A stretch of DNA of 64,000 bases from NCBI GenBank assembly GCA_951406725.2, contig OX597820.1, forward strand, positions 23,002,001 through 23,066,000, read 5' to 3'. The position numbers and the translations under genes were made by a program. Positions 39,527-52,710 of this stretch are shown piece after piece. The DNA comes from Octopus vulgaris (taxonomy: Eukaryota). A model generated the notes under the pieces. That model made no database searches, was not told where the DNA came from, and saw only the letters and a program-made list of their open reading frames with translations. The first letter of the stretch is position 1, and each line of letters starts with the position of its first letter.

Positions 39527-41271
39527 TGTTCACTTTTCAGTACTTGCATGGGTCAGACAGAATTTTCTCAAGGCAGATTTTTACAGGTCCTTCCTGTCAC
39601 CAGCTCTCCTTTCCAAGCATAGTAATATTGCTCCATAACCAGACATGTTTTCATGGAAGGTTGGAAATGAATGATAGTAGTACTTGTATGATTGTGATGC
39701 TCATTTACCATTTTCATGTGATATTGAGACATGGAGGTACATACACGGCTAGCTTATTTCAGTTTTTGTTTACCAAATCCATTCACAAGATTTTAGTCAG
39801 CCTGGAACTATAATAGGAGACACTTGCTCAAGATAGCATGCCGTGGGACTGAATCCAAAACCATGTGGTCGGAGAGAAAATTTCTCAATCATACAGTTGA
39901 ATAATAAAATTATGACTATAGAATTTAGCACAAAAGTTATTCAAAATTGTATTTGCAAGAAATCATTTGCAAGACTATGAGACTTCCACCACCACGATAA
40001 GTTTTAACGAGCATTATCATTTTGTCCCTGTTTGTGACAGACAGCTATCATGCAGAAAATGCACCACTTCCCATTCCTGTTTTCTGATTGGACTAAAATT
40101 GATCAAACTTTGAACCTATGTAACATTTTTCTAAATTTTGGTGGGAATAAATGAATCCTGAATTTAGATTCAGCATGAAAAATTATATCAGTATCCTCAA
40201 TTTGAAAATTTTTACTTAATTTTAAACTTTCCAAATCTTTGACAGTAACCAAAAAGATCTGGAAACATAGTCACAAAGTCTGCACTGGAGTGTTTCTTTA
40301 CAGTGTTTTCACTTGGTGGGCTTGAAGCTTACCATCTGAAAGGTGCTCATGTACATTAACAATATAAGTAAAATGGATTTTTTTTTTATTTATGCGCCCT
40401 TTTCAAGCCTAGCCATTCTCATGGGCTCTGTTTCTGTAGCGTATGTGTTCCCGCTCAATAAACACACAACACCCGGTCTGGAAATTGAAACCACGATCCT
40501 CTGACCACAAGTCCGCTGCCCTAACCACTGAGCCATTGCGGCTCCACAAAAATGGATTTGCTTCATTCAAAAAGGCAAAGCAAGATTGTGAATTTTGCTG
40601 TTTGGAACTCAGTAAACACTTTTGGATTAAAAAGTACATTCATTGTTTATACAAAACAGGGACAACTGAGGCCATTGAGAGGGACTTCGACATGTTACTT
40701 AGTCTGCTAGAAATAGTAAATTTTGCTCAAATCACACTTGCAGATCAATGCTGCGTCGTTAAGAAATTTGCTTTGCAACCACATAGTTCAGTCCCACTGC
40801 ATGCCAACTTGGACATGCATTTTCTACAATAGCTCCAATTCAAACAATATCTTGTGAATGAATAAATGAATTTGGCAGATGGGGAAACTGTTTAAAAGCC
40901 TGTCATATGTATATATGTGTGCATTTTTGTGTTTGTCTTTCACCACTTGACAACTGGTGTTTGTTTGTATTCCAGAAACTGAACAGTTTGATAAAAAGAG
41001 ACTGGCAGACTTTAAAAAAATTACTATGGGCATTGATTTAATGGGCTAAACCCCCTCTAAAGCAATGCTTCAATATGGCCACTGTCTGACGACAAACAAG
41101 TAAAAAGAGAAAAAAGGTAGTCAGAGCTGGAATGAATACCTTTTATTATAGATCTTCCCAATCAGGGCTGACCTGGTCTTAGCAGCAAATAAAAATACTT
41201 TCTACTTATTATGTGAATGGATCCGGCATGAGGTCAGTGTCATGTAACAGTACAATGTAAAAGCTACTGTT

Positions 41272-41321
41272 TGGATGGTCTTCTTACAACACTCTGCCCA
41301 GTGTTGTAAGAAGACCATCCA
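41272..41321. repeat. Perfect 22-bp inverted repeat with a 6-nt loop
   Basis: TGGATGGTCTTCTTACAACACT-ctgccc-AGTGTTGTAAGAAGACCATCCA. Confidence 0.95.
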
Positions 41322-42481
41322 TTCTAATGACAGCAAAAGTTTGTAGAGAAGGACTGAGAGGAGGAACTAGTTGAAGAACAGAGTGCTTGAGTATCAGCAG
41401 TGACTGCTGCTGAGTTATCATTAAAACCATTGACTGTGTGTGTTTGTAGAGCTGATGGGTGGGAGATCTGTCTGATCATAAGAACTTGAACATAAGTGTG
41501 TATATGTGTGTGTGTGGAGGTGGAGAACTATGGCAGGAAACTTGTTTAGATACACAAGATTAGTTTTTGTAATGAGTGCAGCAGAGATATATCAGAAATA
41601 AGTAGAAGAATTCACTACTCAAGTTAGTGGCTGAATACACCTTTTGGTGTAAGAACCAACCACTACTTATTTGTGGTTTAATAAGATTGTATTTAATTGG
41701 ATTACTTCAGTTTTTTTTTTTCTTTTTACTGGTTTTTGTCATTGGATTGCAGTCATTCAAAAACTTCAGTCAAACATATTGGCGCCTGTACGTCATTTGG
41801 TACTTATATTACCAACCTTGTAAGTGAAGACAGGCTAAGTCAGCCTCAGTGTAAAGCAGTGGTTCCAACCCTGAAGTGCTTCCACCCACTGGTGGATGCA
41901 AGATTACAAGATACCATTTCAAGAGTTGTAATGAAGAGACAAAGTATATAGTTTATTAAAATCACTTTTTAGAATAAAATTATTAACTCTCAAAAATATC
42001 TCTGTTCTATTAAGCACACCAAGAATTTAAAACTTCCTCAATACTATAAGAAGTTCATCATCATTGTTTTAATGCTCATGTGTCTATCCTTGCATGGGTC
42101 AGGCAGAACTCATTGCAACAGATTTTATCATCATCATTTAGCGTCCGCTTTCCATGCTAGCATGGGTTGGACGGTTCAACTGGGGTCTGTAAAGCCAGAA
42201 GGCTGCATCAGGCCCAGTCTGATCTGGCAGTGTTTCTACGGCTGGATGCCCTTCCTAACGCCAACCACTCCGTGAGTGTAGTGGGTGCTTTTTACGTGCC
42301 AGACGGAGCTGGCAAACGGTCACGAACGGATGGTGCTTTTACGTGCCACCGGCACGGGGGCCAGGCGACATTCGAATACTCATGCTGTCACTTGTTCCAA
42401 AGCAAGATGATAACTCTGATAGGTTTCAGCCAGTATAGGCCCAGGCCATGTCTAACTCAATAGCACCACCTGGTGAGGATT

Positions 42482-42610
42482 AAAAGACCTTTACAACACA
42501 ACACCTACGCTTCCCAAGCAGTCACCCATCTAAGTACTAGCTAGGATTGATGTTGCTTAACTTTGATGATTGGATGAGAACTGGTGTTTTCAATGTGATA
42601 TGGCTGTGGT
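42482..42610 (-). pseudogene. 5S rRNA pseudogene (dispersed, CpG-decayed)
   Basis: The reverse complement ACCACAGCCATATCACATTGAAAACACCAGTTCTCATCCAATCATCAAAGTTAAGCAACATCAATCCTAGCTAGTACTTAGATGGGTGACTGCTTGGGAA...GGTGTTGT aligns by eye over full length with invertebrate 5S (box A AGTTAAGC, box C GATGGGTGAC). Followed by a TTTT terminator. Confidence 0.9.
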
Positions 42611-43363
42611 AGTTCTCTATTGGCCAGACATGTTTTCCATGGAAGATCAGAAATGAACACCGTCACTTGTAGGAGAGTGCTGTTCATTTACAGCCATCAG
42701 GTAATATAAATACAAGGGGACACCCACCCATATATATACCTTCATGTGTATTTATATGAGATGGTCTTTTTTCAGTTTCTGTTTAGGAAATCCACTCAAG
42801 AAGACTTTGGTTGACCCAGGGCTAAAGTACAGTGCTCTTGGCCAAGGCATCATGTGGTAAAACTGAACTGAAATCCACAAGGTTGGGATGCAAGCTTTTT
42901 AACCACACAGCCATGCCTGCACCTGTTCAATTTTAAAACAATAAATTGTTTATTAGAAAATCTGACTTTTTCATTTGCAAATGATACTTCTTTTGTAGAG
43001 GGTGTTAAACCATCACCGACACCATTCAAAGTAGGCTATAGTGGAATTTGAACTCGTAATGTGAAGAGAAAGAGTTTGAACTACCACAAAGCCTTCAATC
43101 TCATGGTCTTGCTGTGTGTACACACGCACACACTTATATCAAAATTTGGGGAATAGAAACTGGAAGGAGTCTGTCATGTATTTGTTTGTGCTTCCTTTAT
43201 AACAACTTATGCACACTAACTATAAATACATATCACAGTTGAGCAAGCAATGTTTGTTCGCAATCTTCTACAGATCTCTGTCTGGCCATTAAGCTGGTTG
43301 TTGTTCAAAAGACATGGGGAAAATTACCTTAATTGGAAACAAGTGAGGTCAGCAGCAGGAAGA

Positions 43364-43740
43364 GCATCATCATCATCGTTTAACATCTGCTTTCCATGCT
43401 AGCATGGGTTGGACGGTCGACCTGGGTCTGGGGAGCCAGGAGGCTGCACCAGGCTCCAGTCTGATCTGGCAGTGTTTCTACAGCTGGATCCCCTTCCTAA
43501 TACCAACCACTCCGTGAGTGTAGTGGGTGCTTTTTACGTGCCACTAGCACAGGTGCCAGGGGAGGCTGGCAGCGACCACGATTGGTTGATGCTTTTTACG
43601 TGCCACCGGCACAGAAGCCAGTCAAGGTGGCGCTGGCATCAGCCACGTTCAGATAGTGCCTTTTACGTGTCACCGGCACAGGTATCACAGCTACAATTTC
43701 CATTTGAATTTTTATTTTGATGTTGATGTACTTGACTCAT
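43364..43740 (-). mobile_element. 5'-truncated RTE 3'UTR copy
   Basis: (CAT)n-CGTTTAACATCTGCTTTCCATGCTAGCATGGGTTGGACGG with three internal GTGCTTTTTACGTGCCAC-type units. Confidence 0.8.
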
Positions 43741-46265
43741 GTCGGCATGGAAAAGGGAATGTTAAATGATGATGTTGATAGATATCTGTGTACAGATGAA
43801 CATATAATCTCTTCTTAAAGTGTTTCTGATTTATTAAAGTATGTCAAGAAAGACGTAAATGGATCATATGATCAGAGCATACATTTTTGGTATTGGTTAA
43901 TAAGTGAGGTACATGGAAATTCAATTAGAAAAGAAGCAGCTATATCTTCATGAATATGAAAAAGTATATTTTTTTAAAACTAAAATCAGAAAAAGAACAC
44001 AGTTGTAAGGTGTTTCAAGCTGACAGATAGTTAATGAACCTGAGAAAAATCAAGTTATCAGGAGCTGGCAGGTTTATATTATGTCATAAGGCTGCACTTG
44101 CAGTGACACTGAAGAAGACAAAAACGTATGGATGATTATGTATGGTAGTATGTAGATTAAGTTATATGAATATAACAAACAGTTATTAACTATCTTAGTC
44201 ACATGGATGTCATCAAAGGAGCATCAGCGTGATTGTTTGACATACTAGAAACAACAGTCAAGTCTCCTTCAAATCACATCATCATCATCATCATTCCTGG
44301 AGATTACATCAGGGTAGGAGAGTGTGTGCCCTCTGGTATTGCGAGTAGATGGCTTCCAGAGGAGAAGAGTAGAAATTGCCTCGTTTCAAATCACACCCTA
44401 CTCTCTTAATGGATAAGGTACTTTGGTTGTAGACTGTGCTAAGAAAAAAAATAGATAGATTGTAACTGGAATGCTTTAATTGTAAATTTGTCCAGTCAGG
44501 CTTGTCTTGGGGCTAAACAACATGAACACCACCGGATTTAATAGAAATTAGTAAAAACAAAATTTTCAAAATGGTTTATTAACATCTGCAGGAAGGAACT
44601 TGAGGAATGAGTAACGTGATTGCTAGTTATTACATTCAATTAATCACTTCATGCATTGAAATGGTTGTTTCTTTTAAAGATCTGTTAGTGGTTTGGTATT
44701 TCGTGCTCTTTATTTTTTAACTAATACAAAAGCTGATGTAATATACAAAAACTAAAAGAAAAAAATATATAGAATTGAAAATATTGAGAAAAGTGAAAAT
44801 TTTAGAAAAATAAAAATAAGAAATAAGTGGAAATTTTACCGGTGAGTGTGTGTTACATTATAAGGTACAAAAAGAAAATGACTCCCCAGACACAACAGAA
44901 TATGCTTCAACACAAACTCATATAAAGAATCTTGCAAACCGAATCCAAAAACGAAATATATTGAATATAGTAAGGATCATAGTAAAGTTTTTTGAGAAGG
45001 AAAGTGTTAAAGTTGTTAGCATTCAACCTAAAGCTTCAAAACTAGAGGGATTGTATTGTTTGTCAGAACTAGAGATGCTGTATCGTTTGTGGAGGAGACA
45101 TGAGTAATCTGTCACTGAAATTTGTGTTTGCTTCTATTATAATTCAGTTGAGGTGCATGGCTTAATGGTTAGGGTGTTGGTCTTGCAATCGTAACATTGT
45201 GGTTTCAATTCCTGGACTGGGTGGTGTGTTGTGTTCTTGAGCAAAACACTTCATTTCATGTTGCTCTGGTTCACTCAATTGATAAAAATGAGTAATCCTG
45301 TGATGGACTGGTGTCCCATCCAGGGAGGAACATATACATGCCAGAGAAACTAGGAAACCAGCCCTATGCTCCTTATGGAATTATGTGGACTAATCATCTA
45401 TTATAATTCTGTGCACATTAAGAATACGTATTGTAAGATTATAAATTACCTCCAGTGCTTGACTGGTATTTTATCTTATCAATGCTGGAAGAATGTCATC
45501 AGAGTTGACCTTGGTAGGATTTGAACTCAAAATGTTAAAGGGTCACAACTAAATACTGCAAGATATTTTATCCAATGCTTTTTAATGATTCCTCTGACCC
45601 ATTATCTGATTTGATGGTATTTACAAGCATTTGATGACAGGACCTTAATATAGCAGCGATGGTTTAGTGTTCTGTAGATTGACATGATTGGAGTTGTGAG
45701 GTATAAATCATCATCATCATTTAACGTTTGTGGTCTATGCTGGTATGAGTTGGACGGTTTGACTGGGCTGGCACACTGGAAGGCTGCACGAGGATCCATG
45801 GTTTTCTACAGCTGAATGCCCTTCCTAATGCCAACCACTCCAAGAGTGTAATGGGTGCTTTTACATGCCACCAGTACAGGTGCCATTTGCATGACACTGG
45901 TATCCGCCACAGCTTCGATTTTGCTCAGCTTGATGGGTCTTCTCAAGCACGACATAATGCCAGAGGTCTTGGTCATTGCCTCTCTGAGGCCCAATGCTTG
46001 AAAGGAACTCGGTCACCTCACCTCCGTGAGGTCCAACACTCGAAAGGAGCTCAGCCACCTTCACAAAAAATAGTTTCAAACATGACATTCCCAAAACATA
46101 GATTGCTTTATAAAGTGGCATTCCATACTTAAGGGTAATGAAATTTTGAGTGGATATATCTAATTTGTACAACAATAGGATTAAAATGTGTCTCCACCCT
46201 CAAAATTTCGAGCCTCATACCTATAATAGAAAGGTTATATTCTAGAAATAGTTTAGTATAAAAAT

Positions 46266-46484
46266 TTAACCCTTTAGCATTTAAACCAGCCAAACATGGC
46301 AAAAATATTCTACCTATGTTCAAACCAACCAGATCTGACCTCTCAGAGCCACCCTGCAACATCATTCTAAAAATAAACAATCATATCATCAAAATCTCAA
46401 AGCTATAAGATAATATATGATTAATTCCAAAGTGAATGTATATGTATTATATATGATAGAGTAATCTTAGTGTTAAAAGGTTAA
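46266..46484 (+). mobile_element. piggyBac-type MITE family A
   Basis: TTAA-CCCTTTAGCATT ... TGTTAAAAGG-TTAA. TTAA TSD and CCC/GGG-type termini are typical of piggyBac. Confidence 0.8.
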
Positions 46485-48515
46485 TATGAAAAGTTATTTA
46501 CTAACATCTTGGTTTTGTTAGTTTCAATCTTAGAAACCTGTAAAACAGCCACAAGAATGAATAGTTTTTTTTTTTGATTTTTTAATTTTATTGAATCAGT
46601 GTGAAGGTGTATAGCCTAGTGGTTAGAGTGTTGCTTTCACAATTTATAAGACTGGTTTCAATTCTTGAGCAAAACACTTCATTTCACATTATTCCAGTCC
46701 ACTCAGCTGTAAATTGGGTTCCAGTATTAACTGGCAGTTAACCCTGTTGGCAGACTGACATCCCCGTCAAGGGATGTTGTAATCTCAGTCACCTATATGT
46801 CAGATTAAGAGCTGGCCCTATGAGTCCTAAAGCTCATGACAGACTTAAGCCTTAGTCAATTGAATCAGTAAACCTGAGAAAGCATATTTTTCATTTTTAA
46901 CTTGTTTCAGTCATTTTACTGCAACCATGCTGGGTCACTGCCTTGAAGAATTTTTGGCCAAATTAATTGACCCCGGTGACTTTTGTTTTTATCCCATCTT
47001 AAATTCAAAGCAGTCAAAGGGAATTATTAGGAGTAGCTTTTCATAACAACATCAAAACGAATTCATTCTCTTTGCCAAATGGTAGATTGTATAATGCATG
47101 TATTTGAATGAAGTGTGATACTGCATGTCACTGAACACAGAAGACCTGTAATTTGTGAAGAAGGGATCATGGTGGAATATATTTTGGATGCTCAAGATAA
47201 AGTATCACTATTGAACCAAATGCCATTGAGCTGGTGATAAAATATGCAAACAGTTGAAACTTGGATCAGTTCTCACAAAAATTGGTTTAGTTAGTAATAG
47301 ATTGGATCATGTATTCTATTAGATGTTAAATCTTGATTATTAAGATGAACTGAAAAAGTCTTCAAATTTTATTCAATTTCATGATGCTAGGTCTCACAAA
47401 AAAAGTAAAAGGAATATGCATGTATATGTTTATATATTATGTTCATATATGTATGTCTACAAATATTTGTGTTTGCGTGTATATGTATATATATATATAG
47501 CCTTACTGGAACTTGTGCTGGTGGCACGTGAAAAAACATTCGAGCAAGGTCATTGCCAATTCAGGTGGCAAGTAAGAGCACCCACTACACTCTCGGAGTG
47601 ATTGGTGTTAGGAAGAGCATGCAGCTGTAGAAACTCTACCAGATCAGATTGGAGTCTGGTGCAGCTATCTGGTTCGCCAGACCTCAGTCAAATTGTCCAA
47701 ACCATGCTAGCATGGAAAGCAGACGTTAAACGATGATGATGATATATATATATATGTGTGTGTGGGTGTATGTTTACACATGTTTGTATATATATATATA
47801 TTTATGTATGTTTATATATGTTTGTATATGTAAATATATTTATGTATTTGTGCATGTATTGCCAGAAGGGAAACCATTACTCATATACATGAAGAGAATA
47901 GAAATAGAGAAAAAAAATAGATATTAAACAATCAACAACAGCAGATGGTCTACTAATACTGTAAGAGTGTCTCTCAATTGTTTTGAACTATTTTTCCATC
48001 ATCACAATTTCTTTTAACTTTAACTTTGTTTCGTAACACACTACCACAATATCAACATGTTCTGTAAATATTTAAACCCTGAATGTTTCCACTACATTTT
48101 TCGTGTGTGATGAAAATAGTTGATATAAATTCTTATTTATAACAAATTAAAGTGATAACCTACAAATTCTCTCTGTCTTCTAACATTTCTTTTTCTTTCG
48201 CATTTTCAGCATATGTTTTTTGCATTTCTTTCTAGAAAACACACCCACACATACACACTTCTATATATACTATGAACATTCACAACCAAATTAAACTATT
48301 ACTGTGTAGTAAACCAATTGTATAATAGGAATAAGCAACTGAAAAAGCTATTTGTATTTTCTGTTTTAATTACTGATATGTACCTTTAATATCATTACTT
48401 ATTCACTTAATATAGAGCATCTGGTTTTGACCTTAACTGAGCCATTTCAATTACATTCTTCGTTTCTTAGATGGCTATTTCAATTCTAAATCTCCAGAAA
48501 ACAATCACACATTTC

Positions 48516-48740
48516 TTAACCCTTAAGCATTCAGATTACTCTGTCAAATGTAATTTTTATTCATGTTGGTTTGAATTAATCATAGCTTATTTCAGAGCTT
48601 CAGTATTTCAGTGACATGGTTGTTAATTTTTAAAATGACATTGTAGGGTAGGTGTGAGAAGCCAGTTCTGGCTGGTTTGAACATAAAGACAAATATAATA
48701 TTTTGGCTGGATATGGCCAGATTAAATGTTAAAGGGTTAA
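48516..48740 (-). mobile_element. piggyBac-type MITE family A (opposite orientation to the 46266 copy)
   Basis: TTAA-CCCTTAAGCATT ... AATGTTAAAGGG-TTAA. Confidence 0.8.
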
Positions 48741-48865
48741 TAATAATTTTTTTTTCTTAATTTTTAAATCTAGTTCAATACAGAATTGTCTGATTGCTGC
48801 ATTAATTAATTTATGCTACCATTTTTTTATATTAATTAAATAAAATTCTTTTATACCTTATACAT

Positions 48866-48911
<46 letters not shown>

Positions 48912-51900
48912 ACCGACCAGGCTATCAGATGTTGCTACACATCGCTGGTCACAATGCGCTTTGCATTATTTTAGCCATCAAGTGTCGCCACCCCGCTGGC
49001 TAAGCGAGCAGGTCAACAGAAGAAAGAGTGAGAGAAAGTTGTGGCGAAAGAATACAACAGGGATTGCCAACACCCCCTGTTAGAGCATCGTGGAGCTTTA
49101 GGTGTTTAATTAAATAAAAATTAACGTTTATTAATACCTTATACATTCTTATATATAAGCACAGTCATGTCTGCAGGGCTGGAGAATTTACTTTACACTC
49201 AAATAGTTTTGGTTTTCAGTCCTACTGTGCAGCACTTTGGATATCTGTCTTCTATTATAGCCTCTCTCCAACACAAGCATTCTGAGTGGATTCCGTAGGT
49301 GCAAACTGAAAGAATCCTCTCATGTGTGTGTGTTTGTGTCTCCTCGTCTGGACAACATACACTTGTTGTAAACAAACCTCACCATCATACAGTGTTATTC
49401 ATTTGAAGGACTAGAGAAAATATTACCTTGCTTAGAGGCAGGAAGAGCACACAGCTGTTGAAAACCTGACTCGATAAATCTCATCTAATTCATGCAAGCA
49501 TGGAAAAATGGTTATTAAAATTATGAATAATGAGGACACTATATTTCTACTACATTTTGGTTACTTGTTCTTGTTTAACCCTGGGTCTGCCTTCATTGAG
49601 TAGACTTACAATTAAAGGAATTCCAGCTGGGACCATCATGTTTCCACCCCAACAAAAGATTTTAGAATATGAATTGAGGAAATTTTGTGTGCTATTTCTA
49701 GTGACTTGAGTGGCCACGTAGCGGTTCCATTGCAGTTTGTATCTTCATATGGTGCCAATTTCATAATTAGATACAGCCTTTGAGAGGTACATATCTTCTC
49801 CCAGTGACACACCAGTACTGGTGATGGGGCCGGGGGGGGGGGGGCTGACTGACTTATAAACATCTGCATTTCTCCTTATATGTACAGAGTATTTCTTTAA
49901 AGAAGGAGCCTTGTCTTTTTTTTTTTTTTTTTCTTTTTTTTTTGGCCCCGTTTCATGATATTCATGTTTGTCTTTTTACCTGTGTCTGCTATAAACATTT
50001 ATCAGGATCTGCAAAATGAAGTAAAACCTGCCAAATGTTGATTAAGCTAAAAGTCCATGTTCCTTAACATGAATTATAAAAATTAATTGTTTGGTAAATA
50101 TTATCAACATGTGTAGGTATGCGTGGGTGTTTTCGCATTTCAAATGTGAAGATATCAGCATAAAAATAGCTTTTGAAGATTTCATTTCGTGTCGTTCATT
50201 GTGTGGAGTTGATTTTTTTTGTTTTTTGGGGTTTTTTTTGGTTTATTTATGCATGTATTTCAGTACGTTCCTTTTCTAATCTCTTACGTTGTATTTTTCT
50301 TTGGCTTCATGCGCTCTGCTTTCTGAAGTGTTGTTCTTCCACTCCAGCAAGGGAAGGGAAGAGGTAAACACAGCTTGTTTGCTCAACCTCAAACTTTTCT
50401 ATCAATTTCGAGTTTTGTCAGTATTTTACTGTGAAAGCTTCTCAGCTGAGATGAGTGCTGTTCAAGGATAAACATACTGAAGTACTTAAAGCCGAGGGAT
50501 CGGGTTTTGAAAGGTTAAGTAAATGTAGAAAATACAACGAGAGAGAGAGAGAGAGTACATGTGTGTGTGTTTGTAAGAGAAGAGGAAAATATTAATAATA
50601 TATAGTGAATATTTTAGTCACTAGTTTAAAAGAATATAATTCAATGAATTTTAAATCATTGTAATATATATTCACACGGTTAGCTTGTTTTACCAAATGA
50701 ACACACAAGACTCTTTGGTAGTTAAACAGCAATTTACACCAAAGAAAATTTAAAGCTATATGAACTGAAAATGCCTTTTTAAAATAATATTTTCTTTAAT
50801 TAAATCTGATGAATGTATACTTAAGAATTGATTTTATCTCATGCAGACATATATCTGTACCAAGTTGTCATTATAAATACATATGTTTGCAATAAATTGA
50901 GTTGAAGAAGAGTCTGTTTTGAGATTGATGTAAAGCGATAAGGAAAACCGAGGTATTTTAAATAGATTAGCAAATATCTCAAATGGATGATGACAAGCGA
51001 ATTGTCACTTGATAAAAGATACTAAGTTGTCTCTATTAATTACTTTTGCAATTTTCGTTTTTCTTTCTAATTCCCGTTTTAAGCCTAGTTTTCATGTAGA
51101 ATGGTTGTTGAGCACTTCTATATTGTTAAAGCAGTTGATCTGATGGCTTGATGCTCTCCCTACTGTTAATAAGAGTGGAACCTATTTGTCAGTCAAGCAA
51201 ACAATGTTTGTGCTTTGACTAGGAATTATTTCTCCTCTGCATAACTGCTGATCCTCTGCAAGGTACTTCACACCACACACATACAAGTGTACTGAACACA
51301 TATGTGGAATAGAGTTGCTGCTATACACACAAACATTCTGGGCTGCATCTTAAAAATAAAAAAAAAATGGCTTTCTCCAACTGGTTAGTAAATGTTACCT
51401 CATTAACAAACTACAACCACCTGCATTTTTAGTCGAATGAATCAACCCCTGTACTTATTGCTGAGCCGCTAAGTTACAAGGACATAAACACACCAACACC
51501 AGTTGTCATGTGGTGATGGAGGGACAAACACAGACACACACACATAGATACATATTTCAACATCAAAATAAATATCAAATGGAAATTGTAGTTGTGATAC
51601 CTGTGCCAGGGGCATGTAAAAAGCACCATATGAATGTGGCCGATGCCAGTGCCGCCTTGACTGGCTTCTGTGCCGGTGGCACGTAAAAAGCACCCACTAC
51701 ACTTACAGAGTGGTTGGCATTAGAAAGGGCATCCAGCTGTAGAAACACTGCCAGATCTGACTGGAGCCTGGTGCAGCCTCCTGGCTTCCCAGACCTCGGT
51801 CAAACCGTCCAACCTGTGCTAGCACGGAAAATGGACGTTAAACGATGATGATGATACATGATGAGCTTCTTTCAGTTTTCATCTACTAAATCCACTCTTA

Positions 51901-52374
51901 AGACTTTCATCAGCCTGAGTCTTGACACTTGCCCAATTTGATGCGCAGAGGGGCTGAACTCAGAATCATGTGGCTGGGAAGCAAGTTTCTTACCACACAG
52001 TCACTCCTGTGCCTCCTTTGCAAACAAAATATTCATTCATAGAGTGCAGTTTGTTTCCAGTTCTCAGCATAAACCTGTCAAGTTGTTTGTTGTCAGATTG
52101 ACTGAAAGAGTCGTGCTTCACTTGGAAATAAGTGGAAGTTAGCACCAGGATGGGCATCTGGCTAGAGAAAAAAATCTGACTCATGCAAGCATGGAAAAAT
52201 AGGCAATAAAGTGATGGTGATTGAGTTCAGATGCTTATTACAGCTTAGATGACTGCGTGGGAGAGGGTTTCACATCAAATGGAATTTTTCTTCTATTTGT
52301 TTTATACTTTTACTATCTATTTCACAAAAAAAAATTCATGTCCATTAAAATGTAACATTACATGCAATTATTCA

Positions 52375-52710
52375 ATGGCTCAGTGGTTAGAGCATCAAGC
52401 TTACAATCATGAGGTAGTGAGTTTGATTCCCAGACCGAGTTATGTGTTGTGTTCTTGAGCAAGACACTTCATTTCATGTTGCTCCAGTTCACTCAACTGT
52501 AGAAATGAGTTGCAACATCACTGGTACCAAGCTATATCAGCCTTTGCCTTTCCCTTGGATAGCATCAGTGGTGTGGAGAGGGAAAGCTTGTATGCATAGG
52601 TGACTGCTAGTCTTCCATAAATAACCTTGCCCAGACTTGTGCCTTAGAGGGGTAACTTTCTAAGTGCAATACTATGGTTAGTCATGACCGAAGGGAATGT
52701 TTACCCTTTA
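52375..52710 (+). mobile_element. tRNA-derived SINE with a CORE-like central domain, family 3
   Basis: TGGCTCAGTGGTTAGAGC head, then TGTGTTCTTGAGCAAGACACTT (CORE-like). Relatives at ~12100-12410, ~45150-45370, ~46600-46850 and ~58910-59140. Confidence 0.7.

Noticed and set aside
42127-42610. 5S head + body + RTE 3' tail as one SINE3 element
   Set aside because: The RTE tail is CpG-intact while the 5S is CpG-decayed, a TTTT terminator follows the 5S, and host-repeat sequence (~42370-42417) lies between them. These are two separate insertions.
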